Below are positions 46,690-60,600 of a stretch of DNA of 64,000 bases, piece by piece (the stretch's first letter is position 1; every line of letters starts with the position of its first letter). This DNA is from Pseudovirgaria hyperparasitica (taxonomy: Eukaryota), in assembly GCA_010093815.1 (NCBI GenBank), contig ML996576.1, one strand, 5' to 3'. Below the pieces are notes generated by a model. The model saw only the letters and a list, made by a program, of their open reading frames with translations, was not told where the DNA came from and did not search any database. The position numbers and the translations under genes are program-made.

Positions 46690-46731
46690 CTCCCCATTCC
46701 ATCTCGTCACGCAAACCCCGTCAAGCATCGT

Positions 46732-48667
46732 CTACCGCGTCCGAATCACGCCGGCAGCAACCAGCTTCTGCACGTTCCGCGCAATGTGCGGACTCTTCAT
46801 GTGCTCCTGCAGCGCGGCCGGGTTGTCCTTGGCCTGCTGCAGAATGCTCTGCATGACGGGATCCTGCAGGATCTGGACAATCTGCAGCGAGAGTTAGCAC
46901 ACATCCTTATCTTCAAGATGTTATTGAAAAGAGAGAGAGAAAAAAAAAACCCACCTCGGGATCCCTCTGTATCCGCTCCATCGTCTCCTGCTCGCTCTCG
47001 CCCTCGCGCGCGCTGTACTGCGCCATGAGCGCCTTCTGCTCCTGCTGCTGGATCTCGCGCGTGTTTTTGCCGTCCTTGTCGGCTGCTGTGGCTTCGGCAC
47101 AGGCGTCGACGCACTTGTTGTACTCGCGCATGCCAAAGTACGCCTGGGCCTTGCGGATGTAGGCGCGGACAAAGGCGGGGTCCTGCTTGATGGCCTCGTC
47201 GCAGTCCTGCACTGCCGAGGGGAAGGTGAGCAGTTTGATGAAGCAGGCGGCGCGGTTCGAGTATCCGCGCGGATCGGTGGGGGCGCGCTTGATCATCTCG
47301 CTGTAGGCCTCGACCGCGGCGGGCCAGTCGCTCTCCTTGAACTTGGCGTTGCCGAGCTCGCGGGCCTCCTCTGCCTTGGCCGGGTCGATGTAGGCGTCCT
47401 TCTCGGCCTTGATCTTGGCTTTTTCCGCAGCGCGCAGCTTGTTGAGGACATCCGGGGTGCGGTGCTCGGTCAGGGAGCGGTTGTAGTATTCGACTGCGTT
47501 TGCCATGTCACCGAGTTTCTCGTACGCCGAGCCCATACGTCCAAAGGCCTTTGCAATAATCTTAAAGTCTGCGAATACCTCACGTCCGTGATCGACGGCT
47601 TTCTGGCACGCCTCAATCGCGCCTTGGTAGTCTCCCTTCTCGAACTTTGCGGCGCTGAGGTTGGTGAGGTAGGTAATGTCTTGGTGAATCTCCCATGCTT
47701 TGTTGTAATGCTCGATGGCCGTGTCAAACTGTCGCTTCTTGTAGGCGTCAGTACCAAGCTTCTTCTCTTCGTCAGCCTTGGCCTTGGCCTCGCGCCTCGC
47801 AACAGCATCCTCGTCTTCCATTTCTTCTTCTACTGGCTCAGGTTCTGGTGCCTTTTGTGTCTGCGGCGGCGGCGGCCTGGCATCCGGCATTGGAAGATCC
47901 TCTTCGGCCTCTGTTGCACGCCCAGCCTGAGCGCCACCGTCTGCACCTGGATTGCCCATCTGCATATCGATTCCGAGGAGAACACTCATGACCTGCAGCA
48001 TGCGCGGATCTTGCAGTGCCTCGCCTATAGCATTCGGGTTTGACTGCAGTCTCTGTAGCTTGCGCATAAAATCCTGGTCGCCGAGCAGAGAACTCGTCTT
48101 GGGATTGCTTGCAAGCTTGGTCATCATGCTCGGGTCGTTGAAGAGGTTGCCTAGGCCGCCGCTTGGGTCACCGCCCAGACCGTCAGCTCTTGCCTCTGCT
48201 TCAATCGCCCGTCTCACGGCCTCAAGACCAGACTTGGCCTGGGCATTGTTGGCGTCAAGCTTGAGGGCCTGTTCGTAGGCATCAGTTGCGCCAACTACGG
48301 GAAGTTAGTCTGTGGATCTCATGTGTTGTAGTATGTAGTGCAAACGCACCTAGGTCGCCGCCGCCGTGAAGAGCAGCTCCTTTCCTTGACCAGCCTTTCG
48401 GCCAGTCAGCCTTGATCTCTGTAACCTTTGTCGCATCCTCCAGAGCCTTGTCAAAGTCCTTGATTGAGGCGTACGATCCCGAGCGATTCGAGTACAGCAC
48501 GTGGTTATTCGGATCGAGCTCGATAGCTTGTGTAAACTTTTCACTGCAAATTATGTGAGCTTAAAAGGATTGTTTGCTTGTTGTTGATATGCTGCTGCGT
48601 ACATGGACTCTGCAAACTTCTTCTCTGCAAAAAGCTTGTTGCCTTCGGCTTTGAGTGCGTCAGCCAT
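46732..48667 (-). CDS. STI1: Hsp70/Hsp90 co-chaperone Sti1/HOP; multi-exon
   Basis: MADALKAEGNKLF, LYSNRS, WPKGWSRKGAAL, TPR2A/2B (SLTEHRTPD, YSNRAAC), DP domains; ends QKLVAAGVIRTR. Confidence 0.96.
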
Positions 48668-48775
48668 ATTGGGCAAGCTGGATGAGAGTGCTAGGTTATG
48701 TGCTGGTGGAGCGAAGAATTGAGGTTGTGGACCTGGCTATGTCGAGCTTGTGGTGATATAGCTAGCTACTACAGC

Positions 48776-48790
48776 ATTCTGGAGGGTTCC
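48776..48790. promoter_or_regulatory. Heat-shock-element-like motif upstream of STI1
   Basis: aTTCtgGAGggTTCc, one mismatch from nTTCnnGAAnnTTCn, about 110 bp from the STI1 ATG. Confidence 0.55.
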
Positions 48791-49024
48791 GCGCTTAGTC
48801 TTGGCAGGCAGACGGAGCACGCCAGGCAGCAAGGCAGACAATGACGCCCTGTGGTACAAGTTTGTAAAGTTGTAGTTGATATGCATGGTCTGACTTTGGC
48901 CACAAACAAATCCTCACACCTCTGTGTCGGAAACCCTTTCCTTGAAACCCCGGTTTTTCAGTAGGAAAAGAGAAATAGCGAAAAATACCAGCCATCTCTA
49001 AGATAGGCCTGCATCATCAGCAGC

Positions 49025-49891
49025 ATGTCCCGGATCATCCTCCCCCATCACGAAATCGTGTCCAGGATCCCATACGTGGCAGACAAGGTGATTGTCAAGA
49101 ATCTCCGAGTGACGGCAAACGCAGGCTACGATTCGTGGGGCCGCGAGAAGAGCCAGCCGGCACTGATATCCATCACCCTGACGCTCGACCAGCAATTCGC
49201 ATCTGCCGCACAGACTGACACGGTGGACGGCAGCACGGTACACTATGGCAAGCTCAGCAAGCGACTGATGGCCACCGTCGGCGAGCTCTCCGGAGAATGG
49301 AGGCGCACGTGGGACTTGGCCGATTTCCTGTACGAGGCAGCCACCGAAGTGGCCGGGTCGAGTCAAAGGCTTGCGGCATGCGAGATTGAGATATGCTATC
49401 CCAAGGCAAGCATGCTGGGCGAGGGAGCTGGGGCTCGATACTGCTTCCTGAACGACGGAGCGATGTCTTGCACGGTGTTTCTCAGGAACGTACGCGTGCC
49501 GTGCATAATTGGCGTGAATAGTCATGAGAGGGTGCGCAAACAGTTGGTAGTGGCTAATGTGTGGGTCGACAATGTCTCGGGCACGTCCGGGGAAGTGTAT
49601 TCGGACGTGGAGAAGATCTTGACAGAGGTACGTCTGTATGGCTGCTGAAACGAGGATACGGTTCTCTGGTCGGCATACTTGCATACATTCACTAACATGG
49701 CACGGATCAAGACGATGGAAAAGTCTTCGTTTGAGACATTAGAGTCGCTGGCAACGACATTTGCAGACGACTGCAAGACAGGACTTAGTCATCAGCTCAC
49801 GTCGTTGTCTACGATTCGGCTTCAGGTGGAGAAGCCGGTGGCAGTCCCTTTTGCAGACGCGCCGGTGATTGAGATAATCAGGAGGGTGTAG
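49025..49891 (+). CDS. Dihydroneopterin aldolase with tandem FolB domains, stand-alone
   Basis: GYDSWGREKSQP..TVHYG, IGVNSHER..KQ, SSFETLESLA, VEKP.A..FADAP..EI.R. Intron 49628-49711. Confidence 0.85.
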
Positions 49892-50419
49892 AGGGTGTTG
49901 AAGGATGGATAGGAAGTTGGAAGCGACGGATATTGGGGATATATGAGCAGGTGGGGCATGACAGGAACGTGTACGGACTGCTGGATTCGGAGAATTGAGC
50001 GGGTTGAAAGGAAGGCGTTACCCGGTTCAGGGGCATAGAGTATTTTCGTGGTATAAAATGAGCACAGGAGCACAGGAGCACAAGCGCACAAGCGCACAAG
50101 CAGCCCGGGATGTGGGCATTTGTTGAGGGATTGTGGACGTGATGAAAAGATATGAATGGCAAAATAGAGTGTGTCGTCTGTGGGCCAAGCAAGCATGCAA
50201 TCCAGTTGTTCCCGAAACCTGCGAATGCAAACCGATCCGCAATTCCGGTCTAGCCAGTGTCGGAAAGCATGCCGGGCCGGGTCGGTCAGCCAGGTGATTG
50301 ATTAGTGTGGTGCAGCGTGCGGTTGTGGATTGTTGAATGGGAGTGGTGTTGTAGGTAGTAGTAATTAGGGCCAAGCAAGCAGCGTAGGTAGTAGAGCTAT
50401 TACTAGTAGTAGAGCTAGC

Positions 50420-50420
<1 letters not shown>

Positions 50421-50475
<55 letters not shown>
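50421..50475 (+). repeat. (AGT)n trinucleotide microsatellite
   Basis: About 18 tandem units. Confidence 0.95.
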
Positions 50476-51471
50476 ACAAGTAATTAGTGTAGTAGGTAGC
50501 AAGAGAGGCGTGCAGCCGGGTAGTCTTCAGTCTGCCGCAGTAACTTTAGTACCGACTGGTCTCTAGCTGCTGGCGGAGGCGGAGTCTATTGCGCGCGCGG
50601 GGCAACGGGGCAGGGGTAAAAGCACCTTTTTATTTTATTTATGCGACTCGATGCGACGACTCTGATGGCTAATCAATACATGATGTTATGTGCAGTATGT
50701 ACAATGTTGGACAGGCATACTTTAGACATGCTGCAACAAGGCTGTGCGGTCCAAGCCAATTGACTGATGATTGTCAACCGCCGCCTCGAGGCTTTTTGTT
50801 GTTGGGGCAAAACAGAGAAAAACGCTGGGGGAGGAGGGTGGGGCACGGGCGCAGCGGACGGTCCAGGAGGGAGGAGGGGAGCTCTGGGCAGTGAGTGGCG
50901 TGTGTGGCGTGTGTGGGTGCTTGGTGCTTGGTGCTTGGTGCTTGGTGCTTCGTGCTGGGCGGGCTGCCGACGACGGTGATGGATGGTCAAATGAATAATG
51001 AAGATATATCCATTCATGCAAGTCAATCCCCAATCCTGCCATCTGCTATCTATCAATCAATCATCAAATGTTTGTTGTGCAGGGGCTGCAGTAGAGCTGG
51101 TTTGATATATACTACGAGTAGTATATACATATAAGACTGCCCCAAATCCTGCTATTCATTTCCTCTCCTCTCTTGCTCTCGTCTCTCCCTTGACAAGCAC
51201 CTCAATTGCTTGTGCTGTGCTGTGCTGTGCTCTGCTGTGCCAGCTATCTATCTGATCGACAGGCCGACTCTGCAAATCCTTCCCACTGCACTCACCGCCG
51301 TCTACTGTTTTGCCCCTCATCAATTTTCACTACTACTACTACCTTACCTGCCGCTACTACCACCTGCAACACCTCATTTCTCCCTCTTTTCCCCACCTTT
51401 CTTCTTCTCCTCCTCCTTCTTCCTCCTCCTGAAACACCAATCTTCCTCTTACCACAATCCATTCTACAATC

Positions 51472-53783
51472 ATGGCCTCCAAGCTCACTGCTCTCCCTTC
51501 ACACCTGAAGCCCAGCGATGCTGCCGGCAACGGCGGCGAAGCTGATGGCTTTGCCAGGAAACACCATGGCAAGACTCAATCGCACGTTGTAAGTTGTTGC
51601 ATCTCTCCTTCGTCCCACCTGCCGTATTTCTGCTTGCTATGCCATTGCGCTGCGAAGACCAAGTCTGGACCCTGGATCGCAATCGTGTCTGCAATCCGGC
51701 ACCATCTCCCCACCACCCACACCGCCTCACCACCGACCGACGCATCATGAAGAAAAAAAAAAAGAGGGCGTCAAACTTTGGCGTTTGTAGAGTGCCTTCA
51801 GCTACCACAATTGACTTCGAGGAGTGGCTACTCCTCGCTCTCTGTGCTTGTAAGAGAAGGTTCCGTCAAACCACCGTCCAACGCGCCCGCCAACTCTGGA
51901 CAAGTGTGATGCATCCTCTCCAACACGACACGTACACCGCAGAACCTTCCAGACACTCCATTACAGTCCGCCATCACTTTAAACGAGCTTTCGCCGGCGA
52001 ACAAGATACGATTCTTCCGTCATACCACCACAGACAGATTCACTGCACACCATGACAGCGACCAATCCGAAGAGTGTAGCAAGCAGTGGCAACAAGCGCA
52101 ACCGCCGAACGAGCATCACTGTGAGGCAGTCTTGCAAAGTCTCTCTGGCACACACTCTTTTCGCTTGCTACACCACACCTTCTTCTCTTTCTTCAGTCTT
52201 GTCTACAGGACAGGCACATTAGGAGACCCCTCCATCAACATATGCTAACATGAGCTCCTCCCAGGCCTTTGAAAACACCTCCACCTCAGTCGCCGCATCC
52301 CAGATGCGCAATGCCCTCAACCAGCTCAGCGACACAGTCCAAGACCCAGCAGAGAAGAAGGTACGTAGCCATATACTTGAAAAGCCACAAGAAGACAGTC
52401 TAATTGGCTCCCTAGAGGTTTGAGACTGAAATGGACAACTTCTTCGCTCTCTTCCGGAGATACTTGAACGACAAGGCCAAGGGCAACGCCATCGAATGGT
52501 CTCGCATTGCGCCCCCAAAGCCAGAGCAGGTCGTCGACTACGCCGACCTCGCCAACTCAGAGTCCGTCGCCTTCCTCAACAAGCTGGCCGTCGTCAAGCT
52601 GAATGGTGGCCTCGGTACCTCGATGGGCTGTGTCGGTCCCAAGTCCGTCATCGAGGTCCGCGATGGCATGTCCTTCTTGGATCTTTCCGTTCGCCAGATC
52701 GAGTACCTCAACAGGACATATGACGTCAACGTGCCCTTTGTCCTCATGAACTCCTTCAACACCGACGCCGACACTGCCAACATCATCAAGAAGTACGAAG
52801 GCCACAACATTGACATTATGACCTTCAACCAGTCCAAGTACCCACGCGTGCTCAAGGACTCCCTCCTGCCCGCGCCAAAGTCGGCCCAGTCTGACATCTC
52901 GAACTGGTACCCACCAGGCCACGGTGACGTCTTTGAGTCGCTCTACAACTCGGGCATTCTCGACAAGCTGCTCGAAAAGGGCGTCGAGATCATCTTCCTG
53001 TCCAACGCCGACAACCTGGGCGCCGTCGTGGATCTCCGCATTCTTCAGCACATGGTTGACACCAAGTCCGAGTACATTATGGAGCTGACCGACAAGACCA
53101 AGGCCGATGTCAAGGGTGGTACCATTATCGACTACGAGGGGTCCGTCCGTCTGCTCGAAATTGCCCAGGTCCCCAAGGAGCACGTCAACGAGTTCAAGTC
53201 GATCAAGAAGTTCAAGTACTTCAACACGAACAACATCTGGCTGAACCTGCGCGCCGTCAAGCGCGTTGTTGAGAACAACGAGCTCTCCATGGAGATCATC
53301 CCCAACGGAAAGTCGATCCCTGCCGACAAGAAGGGTGAGGCGGACCTGTCCGTCCTGCAACTCGAGACGGCCGTCGGTGCGGCCATTCGTCACTTCTCCA
53401 ACGCTCACGGTGTCAATGTCCCGCGTCGCCGCTTCTTGCCGGTCAAGACGTGCTCGGACCTCATGCTTGTCAAGTCTGATCTCTACACCCTCCAGCACGG
53501 CCAACTGGTCATCGACCCCAACCGATTCGGCCCGGCTCCCCTCATCAAGCTTGGCAGCGACTTTAAGAAAGTCTCGAGCTTCCAGTCGCGCATCCCCAGC
53601 ATACCCAAGATTGTCGAGCTTGACCATCTCACCATCACCGGTGCCGTCAACCTCGGCCGTGGCGTCGTGCTGAAGGGAACCGTCATCATTGTTGCGAGCG
53701 AGGGCAGCACCATTGACGTTCCACCCGGCTCCATTCTTGAGAATGTCGTTGTGCAAGGTTCGCTCAGGCTGTTGGAGCACTAG
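51472..53783 (+). CDS. UGP1: UTP-glucose-1-phosphate uridylyltransferase (UGPase)
   Basis: [50 protein letters not shown]. Long first intron 51589-52264 and a short second intron from 52361. Confidence 0.97.
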
Positions 53784-53988
53784 AGAGGGCAGCTGTGCGC
53801 ATACGTGCCGGAGTCTCGACATGTGTTATTGTCAATCCTATCATGATGTTACGTACACAGGAAAGGTAGTATGCCTTAGCCGGATGATGATATATATCGG
53901 ACTGCATTGTAATAGAATTATACCTACCCTTTTTTCCACACACAAAATGAATCAAGTAATAGAACAACATCATATCATCATCATGCAT

Positions 53989-53989
53989 G

Positions 53990-54064
<75 letters not shown>
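53989..54064 (+). repeat. (GCCT)n microsatellite
   Basis: About 19 perfect units. Confidence 0.95.
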
Positions 54065-54066
<2 letters not shown>

Positions 54067-54610
54067 GTGATTAATCTAATTCTCTCTCCTGAACGGCGCC
54101 TCAATAAGGCGACTGGTCAAAGTGTGGCTGTGCTACGACACTACCGACTACCGACGCGTCGAGAGAGTTGGATCTAATTATTAATTACTACCTAGGCAGC
54201 TGTCGATGCCTGTGCGGAGTCGAAAGATTAGCGCTCTCTCTCCCAGCCTTGAAGTGAAGCCTGTTGACGGCACAAATCAGTTGACTAGCGTGCTCCAAGT
54301 GAAAGGCTGCTGCCAGTGGACGACTGGAATCATGACATATTAGCGCGCGACGGCACACAAGTGGGGGGGAGTGGGGCAGCCAGGCCAGGCAGCCCCCAAA
54401 GTTCAAGTTTGTGGTGCTGTTTGGCCAAGAAAAGACAGACCTCCCGCCTCAGAACGACCTCCTCAATAATTACTTCACAGCTGCTGCGCAATAATCACTC
54501 AAAAGCTGAATGGAAGCCCTGTCGCAGTCGTTGATGATCGACCAGTCTATCAGCCAGCTGTCTGGCGCTGCTGTTCTTTCGAGCTTCCTTTTGGAATAGT
54601 TTGCACCAAC

Positions 54611-56306
54611 ATGGACGACGAACAGCTTGACCCACCGACCCGTGAGGCTCTGCAGTACTGGGGCTATCTCTTTCAAGACAACAAGGTTGGAACCGACTTA
54701 CTTCACCGTCTGTTGACTGGTATCTATAATTACATTGTATGAGTAGTCGTCTTCTTGGGTCCTGTCCCTCTCCATTTGCAGATGGCTGACCTCCCCCTTC
54801 AACAAACCATAGACGAAGACATATGACGCAAACCCTGACTGTCCGGACGTCACACCCTCACAACTCGCGGCATTCTATCGGGCAGTCGGCGGGGATTACG
54901 ATATTCTGTTCGAGAAAGAGCCGCCATCGTCCATTGCCTTCATCTACAAAGCTCTTGGCTGCCTTCATTCGCTGCAGCCTGCGCCGAGCGATGAAGGATA
55001 CACCGCCCCGAGCGTGCCGGCCTTGAAGAGGAAAGGTTTCATAACGTGGCAGACGATTCAATTGATGCTCGGACCGGAAGAGCATGTGGGATTTCTACAA
55101 TGCGCCGTCTCGCGATTCGAGATTATAGACCCAGCCACTGGGGCTGCCTTTCCAAAGCTACTGCCCAAGCAGGCCTTCCCATCCGAACCCGATGAGGACA
55201 TGATATCGTGGTATGAAGACGTATCCGAGAAGCTGCGCAAGGACGCTCTGGCAGAACAGAGGGCCGCCCAGCAGCAACCGCGTCCAGATCAGCGGACTCC
55301 CAGTGAGGACTTGGCCGACAGTTCGGCCGATGAACGAGCCGGAGCCGCAAACTATTTCCGAGATCCACTCTATCGCAACCGCGAAGGCAGGCCAACCATT
55401 ATCAGGCGATGGTCGAAGAACAAAAGTCCACGAGAATTCATGCAAGACAGGGGCCGGATGGTAGCAAACACTGTCCGACACTTTGTGCCGTGGGCACGCC
55501 GGCGTAGCCTACCCGAAAAGGAGGGCGATGGAGAAGAGATCCCCGAGGACGAAGATGAAGAAGCATACGAAGACCCGAATCCAATACCAATGGAGCACAG
55601 AGAGTCTACAAAACGGAGATCTCCAAAGTCTCCACGCAGCGCTCATAGCCACAGCCCGAGAGACCGCAGTCCTCCTAGTCGCCGGCGAGCCAGTTATACA
55701 TCAACGGATTCCGACTCGGATGTTCCAAGTGCTCGTCACAGGAGAGATCCAGTGCTCCGGCAGCGCCGTAGCCACGAGGTTCCACCCGCTTCACGAGATT
55801 ATTTCCCTCCCTACAATGAAGGACCGCGTCGGTACTCCCACGTTCCACCACCTACAGTGGAAATCAACGGCGCCCCATCAGGCTTCGTACCATCCCGCGA
55901 GCCAATGTTTGCCACCACAGTCGCGCAGCACATGCAACCACGCAGATCGTCAGCAGTCCCCGGACCAGGCCGCTACGATGGAGGGCACCACGTTCGATAC
56001 AGCGGCGCTCCTGCGTCTGACAGTCGACAACGGACGCCAAAGATTGTAGAGCCCCCAGACTACGAGCGTCTGCCGACTCGGCACAAGGCCGCCAGAAGGC
56101 CTTCTAGCGACGATCGTGATAGATATCGCGACCGTGATCGGGAAAGAGAACGGGACCGCGAACGCACCCGGGTGAGGTCGAGAGATCGCGACCGGGATTA
56201 CGATCGAGAGCGAGACCGGCCGGAGAGACCACGGTTTCACCGATATGTGACGCCTGTCGATGGTGTTTCTGGTCGCAGATATCCCAACGACGCACCCTGG
56301 CGATGA
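54611..56306 (+). CDS. Fungal hypothetical protein (DUF7514-like N-domain, disordered R/D/S-rich tail)
   Basis: YWGYLF..LLHRLLTGIYNYI, intron 54737-54812, then LAAFYRAVGGDYD..PALKRKGFITWQTIQLMLGPEEH. Confidence 0.75.
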
Positions 56307-57691
56307 TGACGCACGTGCTACAGCGACTTGTGAGTGGCAGGTCCTGAAGCTGTCTCTACTCGATTCTCATCATGAGAAGGGAGGAACGAAATCTTTTTTT
56401 TTTTTTTGGCATTGATTTGATAGCGCATGATGACATTGGTCTGGGACAACAACATGCGCGAGACACATAGTTCTGGTTTTGGGAGAAAGCGAGCGAAGGG
56501 GGTGGGGACTGGAGTTTTGGACATGATACCAAGAATGACATGACTTGACACGATTCCTGTTGTGTTTTTTTATTTATTTGAAAGCGTCACGGCAATATAT
56601 ACATACGATACGTACGAATACATATTATATACACACACATATTCACACCTAGATATATATACGCGTCCGATCTGGTCTACCCACACACCCCCCCTAGGAA
56701 CCTGGAACACATGCCATGCGACACGACGACCGGGGTTTTCCCAGGATGAATGGATCGGCAACGGAAGATTAGAAGCTGTTGCGCACAGCCCAGCCGGTGG
56801 ATCTGGTGGAGTTGGTGGAGTCTGTCTTCTTCTGTGTGCGTCATTTGCTGGGATAATTACTCTTTCTTACCAGGCGAACGATGGGGTTTAGGTTTGGGAA
56901 TACCGGCACATGCAAACGTGATGACTTACATGGAAGCGCAATGACATCCTGTGTACCGAGTCACACAATGAATGATGATTGTGAAGGACTGTGTGTTTGG
57001 GACGGGCATGAAGGGAGAGGTGGTGGACAGCTGAGAAGTGCGCCAGAAGCGAGGAATGAAGCGGGCTGGCGGGCCTCCTCCGGTCTCTTTTTTTGACGTG
57101 CAGTGCATTGCTCACGGACGCGACCAATTGCTGCTAATCATGGATTTCATAGATTCATCGTGGCGCGGCTGGTCAGATCTACGTATGCCATGCAAACTAT
57201 CACTAGAACCTATCCCCGATCTTGACTTAGGCGAAGGATTAGTGCTCGTAGATTGGGGGGACTGGAACTGGAACTGGAGCTTCACCAAACACACACCTAC
57301 CCAACACCCTCGTAATCTGCCACCTCCATTTCTTGTCTTGTCCTCTCTGCTCCCACTCTCTCTCCCTCTTCCACCATCGTCACATTCTTTTCATTCTTCG
57401 ATTCCCTACCTCATCCTCCTACCACATTTCCTAATTCTCTTTTCTTTTTTCAGCCCTCCGAGACAGCTAACTGGACGACTGCAATTGGCTTCGGAGCTGC
57501 TGTCTAGGGTCTGGTCCTACCACCACCACCACCCCCGACCCGACGCCCACGTCACGTCAGGCTTAGCTACTTATACAGCTACCATAACCTCCTCCTGCAA
57601 ACAACCTCAGCCCGAGCTTCAAGCTTCACGGATCTTTGTCCATAGCCTGCTCATCATTAACAAGTGCTGCGATTGGCATATGTGATTGACC

Positions 57692-60600
57692 ATGGCAACG
57701 CAACGGTCTGAAGCAGAGCTGAAGCAGCAGGGCGCGATCGAGGCCGCCGCGGATCCGAACAGCTCAGTCACTGCACAGGACGCAGAGGACAAGCTCGTAA
57801 ACGAGGCAAAGAAGGGTGGCGCCACGGCTCTGCAGTTCGATCCCAATGCCAGCCCAGAGGAGAAGGCCGCTCAGGCGAGAGCTGTAAGCTCCCATGACAC
57901 AACTTGGGCATTGCACAGGAATTCTGGCTAAAATAATCTCATAGCGCATTCCTGAAGGTGTGCAGAAGGAGCACAATCCGAAAGCGACCGCTCTCGTATC
58001 TGATGTCGTGAGTTTCCAAAGCAATGTTTGGTACAGGAATATAATACTTATCCGACGTGCTAGGATGACGGCTCGGCCAAAAAATACGATCTTCCCCCTG
58101 CTACGAAATCTGGTGCTATTACTCCAGACAATGCCCCGACGGATAATGCCAACGGCAAGACAAAAGAGGAAGAGGATGAATGGTCGCGCGTAGGCTGGGC
58201 ACCTCGATTCGGCGCACTGAAGAACGACGATGACGACGGCACTACACTGCTTGATCACCAGACATGGCTCGAGGGCAAGATTGACGACAAGTTCTTTGGA
58301 GACTGGTACCACAATGCTGGAATCATGGTATTCGCTTGCCTTACGTGCTGGGTTGTTGGCATCCTGGGCGGTGGTCTGGGATGGATCTTCATCGTAGGCG
58401 CGTTCTGTACAACCTACTATCGAACCTCTCTCCGCAGAGTGCGCCGAAACTTCCGAGACGACGTCAATCGAGAGCTCGCGAAGACGAAGTTGGAGACTGA
58501 CCATGAGTCGCTGGAATGGATCAACAGCTTTCTGGTCAAGTTTTGGCCCATCTACCAACCAATTCTGTGCAACACCATCGTGCAATCGGTTGATCAGGTT
58601 CTCTCGACGGCAACACCGGCCTTTTTGGACAGTCTTCGGCTAAAGACTTTCACCCTGGGCACAAAACCACCACGGATGGAACATGTCAAAACCTACCCCA
58701 AAGCCGAGGACGACATCGTGTTGATGGACTGGAAATTCAGCTTCACGCCCAACGACGTGGCTGATCTGACGGCCAAGCAGATCAAAACAAAGATCAACCC
58801 AAAAGTCGTTCTTGAAGTGAGGATTGGCAAGGGTATGGTCAGCAAGGGCTTGGACGTCATTGTGGAAGACATGGCCTTTTCTGGGTTGATGCGGGTGAAG
58901 ATGAAGCTGCAGTTGCCATTTCCACACATTGAGAGGATTGAGATATGCTTCCTGGAGCGTCCCACCATCGATTATGTCTGCAAGCCTCTTGGTGGCGATA
59001 CCTTTGGCTTCGATATCAATTTCCTTCCCGGCCTAGAAAGCTTCATCATGGAACAGGTTCACGCAAACCTGGGACCGATGATGTACGATCCTAACGTCTT
59101 CCCGATCGAGGTTGCTAAAATGCTTGCTGGAAATCCAGTGGATCAAGCTATCGGTGTTGTCCAGATACAGTTCCATGGAGCGCAAGGGCTCAAGAACCCC
59201 GACAAGTTCTCCGGCACTCCCGACCCGTATGCTGTCGTGTCTATCAATGACAGGGACCCTCTTGGTAGGACCAAGACTGCGCATGAGAATACCAACCCCC
59301 GCTGGAATGAGACGGTAAACATTATTGTGACGTCGCTTCGCGATCAGCTCACTATCGGGACCTACGATTACAACGAGTACCGCAAAGACAAGGAGCTCGG
59401 AAAAGCGAATTTCGACCTCGAGCAACTGGAAACACAACCCGAACACGAGAACCTGCAGCTTGAGGTACTGGCGAATGGTCGACCTCGTGGCATCGTGCAA
59501 TGTGACATTCGCTTCTTCCCCGTACTGGAAGGCCGGAAGCTCGAGGGAGGTGTGGAGGAACCCCCACCAGAATCTCTTACTGGTATAGTGAAGTTTACCG
59601 TCGAGCGTGCTAAAGAGCTCGACCACTCCAAGAGCATGATCGGACAGTTGAACCCGTACGCGGTCCTGCTTCTGAACGGCAAGGAAGTCCAGATCTCGAA
59701 GAAGCTCAAGAGAACAAATGACCCAATCTGGCCCGATGCCACCAAGGAAATGCTCATCACCGACCGTAGAAAGGCGAAGTTGGGGCTCGTGATCAAGGAC
59801 GATCGCGACATTGCGGTCGATCCCATTGTCGGAAACTACCAGATCAAGCTCGACGATATGCTTGACTTGCAAGCCAAAGGTCACGAATGGTACAGCCTGG
59901 CTGGTGTCAAGACAGGGCGGGCGAAAATGATGATACAGTGGAAGCCAGTGCAGATGACTGGAGCGCTTGGAGGCTCTGGCGGCTACGTCACGCCGATTGG
60001 TGTTATGCGGTTGCATTTCATCAACGCCCGCGATCTTCGCAATGTGGAAACAATGGGCAAGTCCGATCCATACGTGCGCGTCCTCCTTTCGGGAATTGAG
60101 AAAGGCCGTACCGTCACATTCAAGAACAATCTCAACCCGGACTGGGACGAGGTCCTGTACGTGCCTGTGCACTCCGCTCGAGAGAAGCTAGTGCTTGAAG
60201 TAATGGACCAAGAAAATGTTGGGCGCGATCGATCGTTGGGTCACATCGAGCTACCATGTGCAGACTTCCTCAGGCAGAACAGCGAAGGGGAATACGAAGC
60301 ACAAGAAAACAAGGACCCTATTGCTGGCGCTCTCCGCTCCGGAGCCCGAGGCGTCGTCAAGGGCACGCTGAACTATACTGCATCATTCTACCCGACGGAG
60401 CCTATAATCGATCCTGACGAAGAGGATCGGGAGAGCTTGCGCGGTAGTACTGACGAGAGTAGACCCAGTCTTGATGGCACCACTAACAGAGCAAGCACAG
60501 ATTCGATCAGAAAGAGCATCGAGCCTGCCCGAGAGCGTGGATCGCTGTCCCGCAGTGGTACCATTACCTCTCTCCGCAAGGCTGGCGATGCTAATGGCGA

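Noticed and set aside
52557..53822. Long antisense ORFs (421 aa here; also 34633-35688, 59033-60172, 13711-14637, 35837-36880)
   Set aside because: They are shadows of codon-biased sense genes and show no independent motifs.
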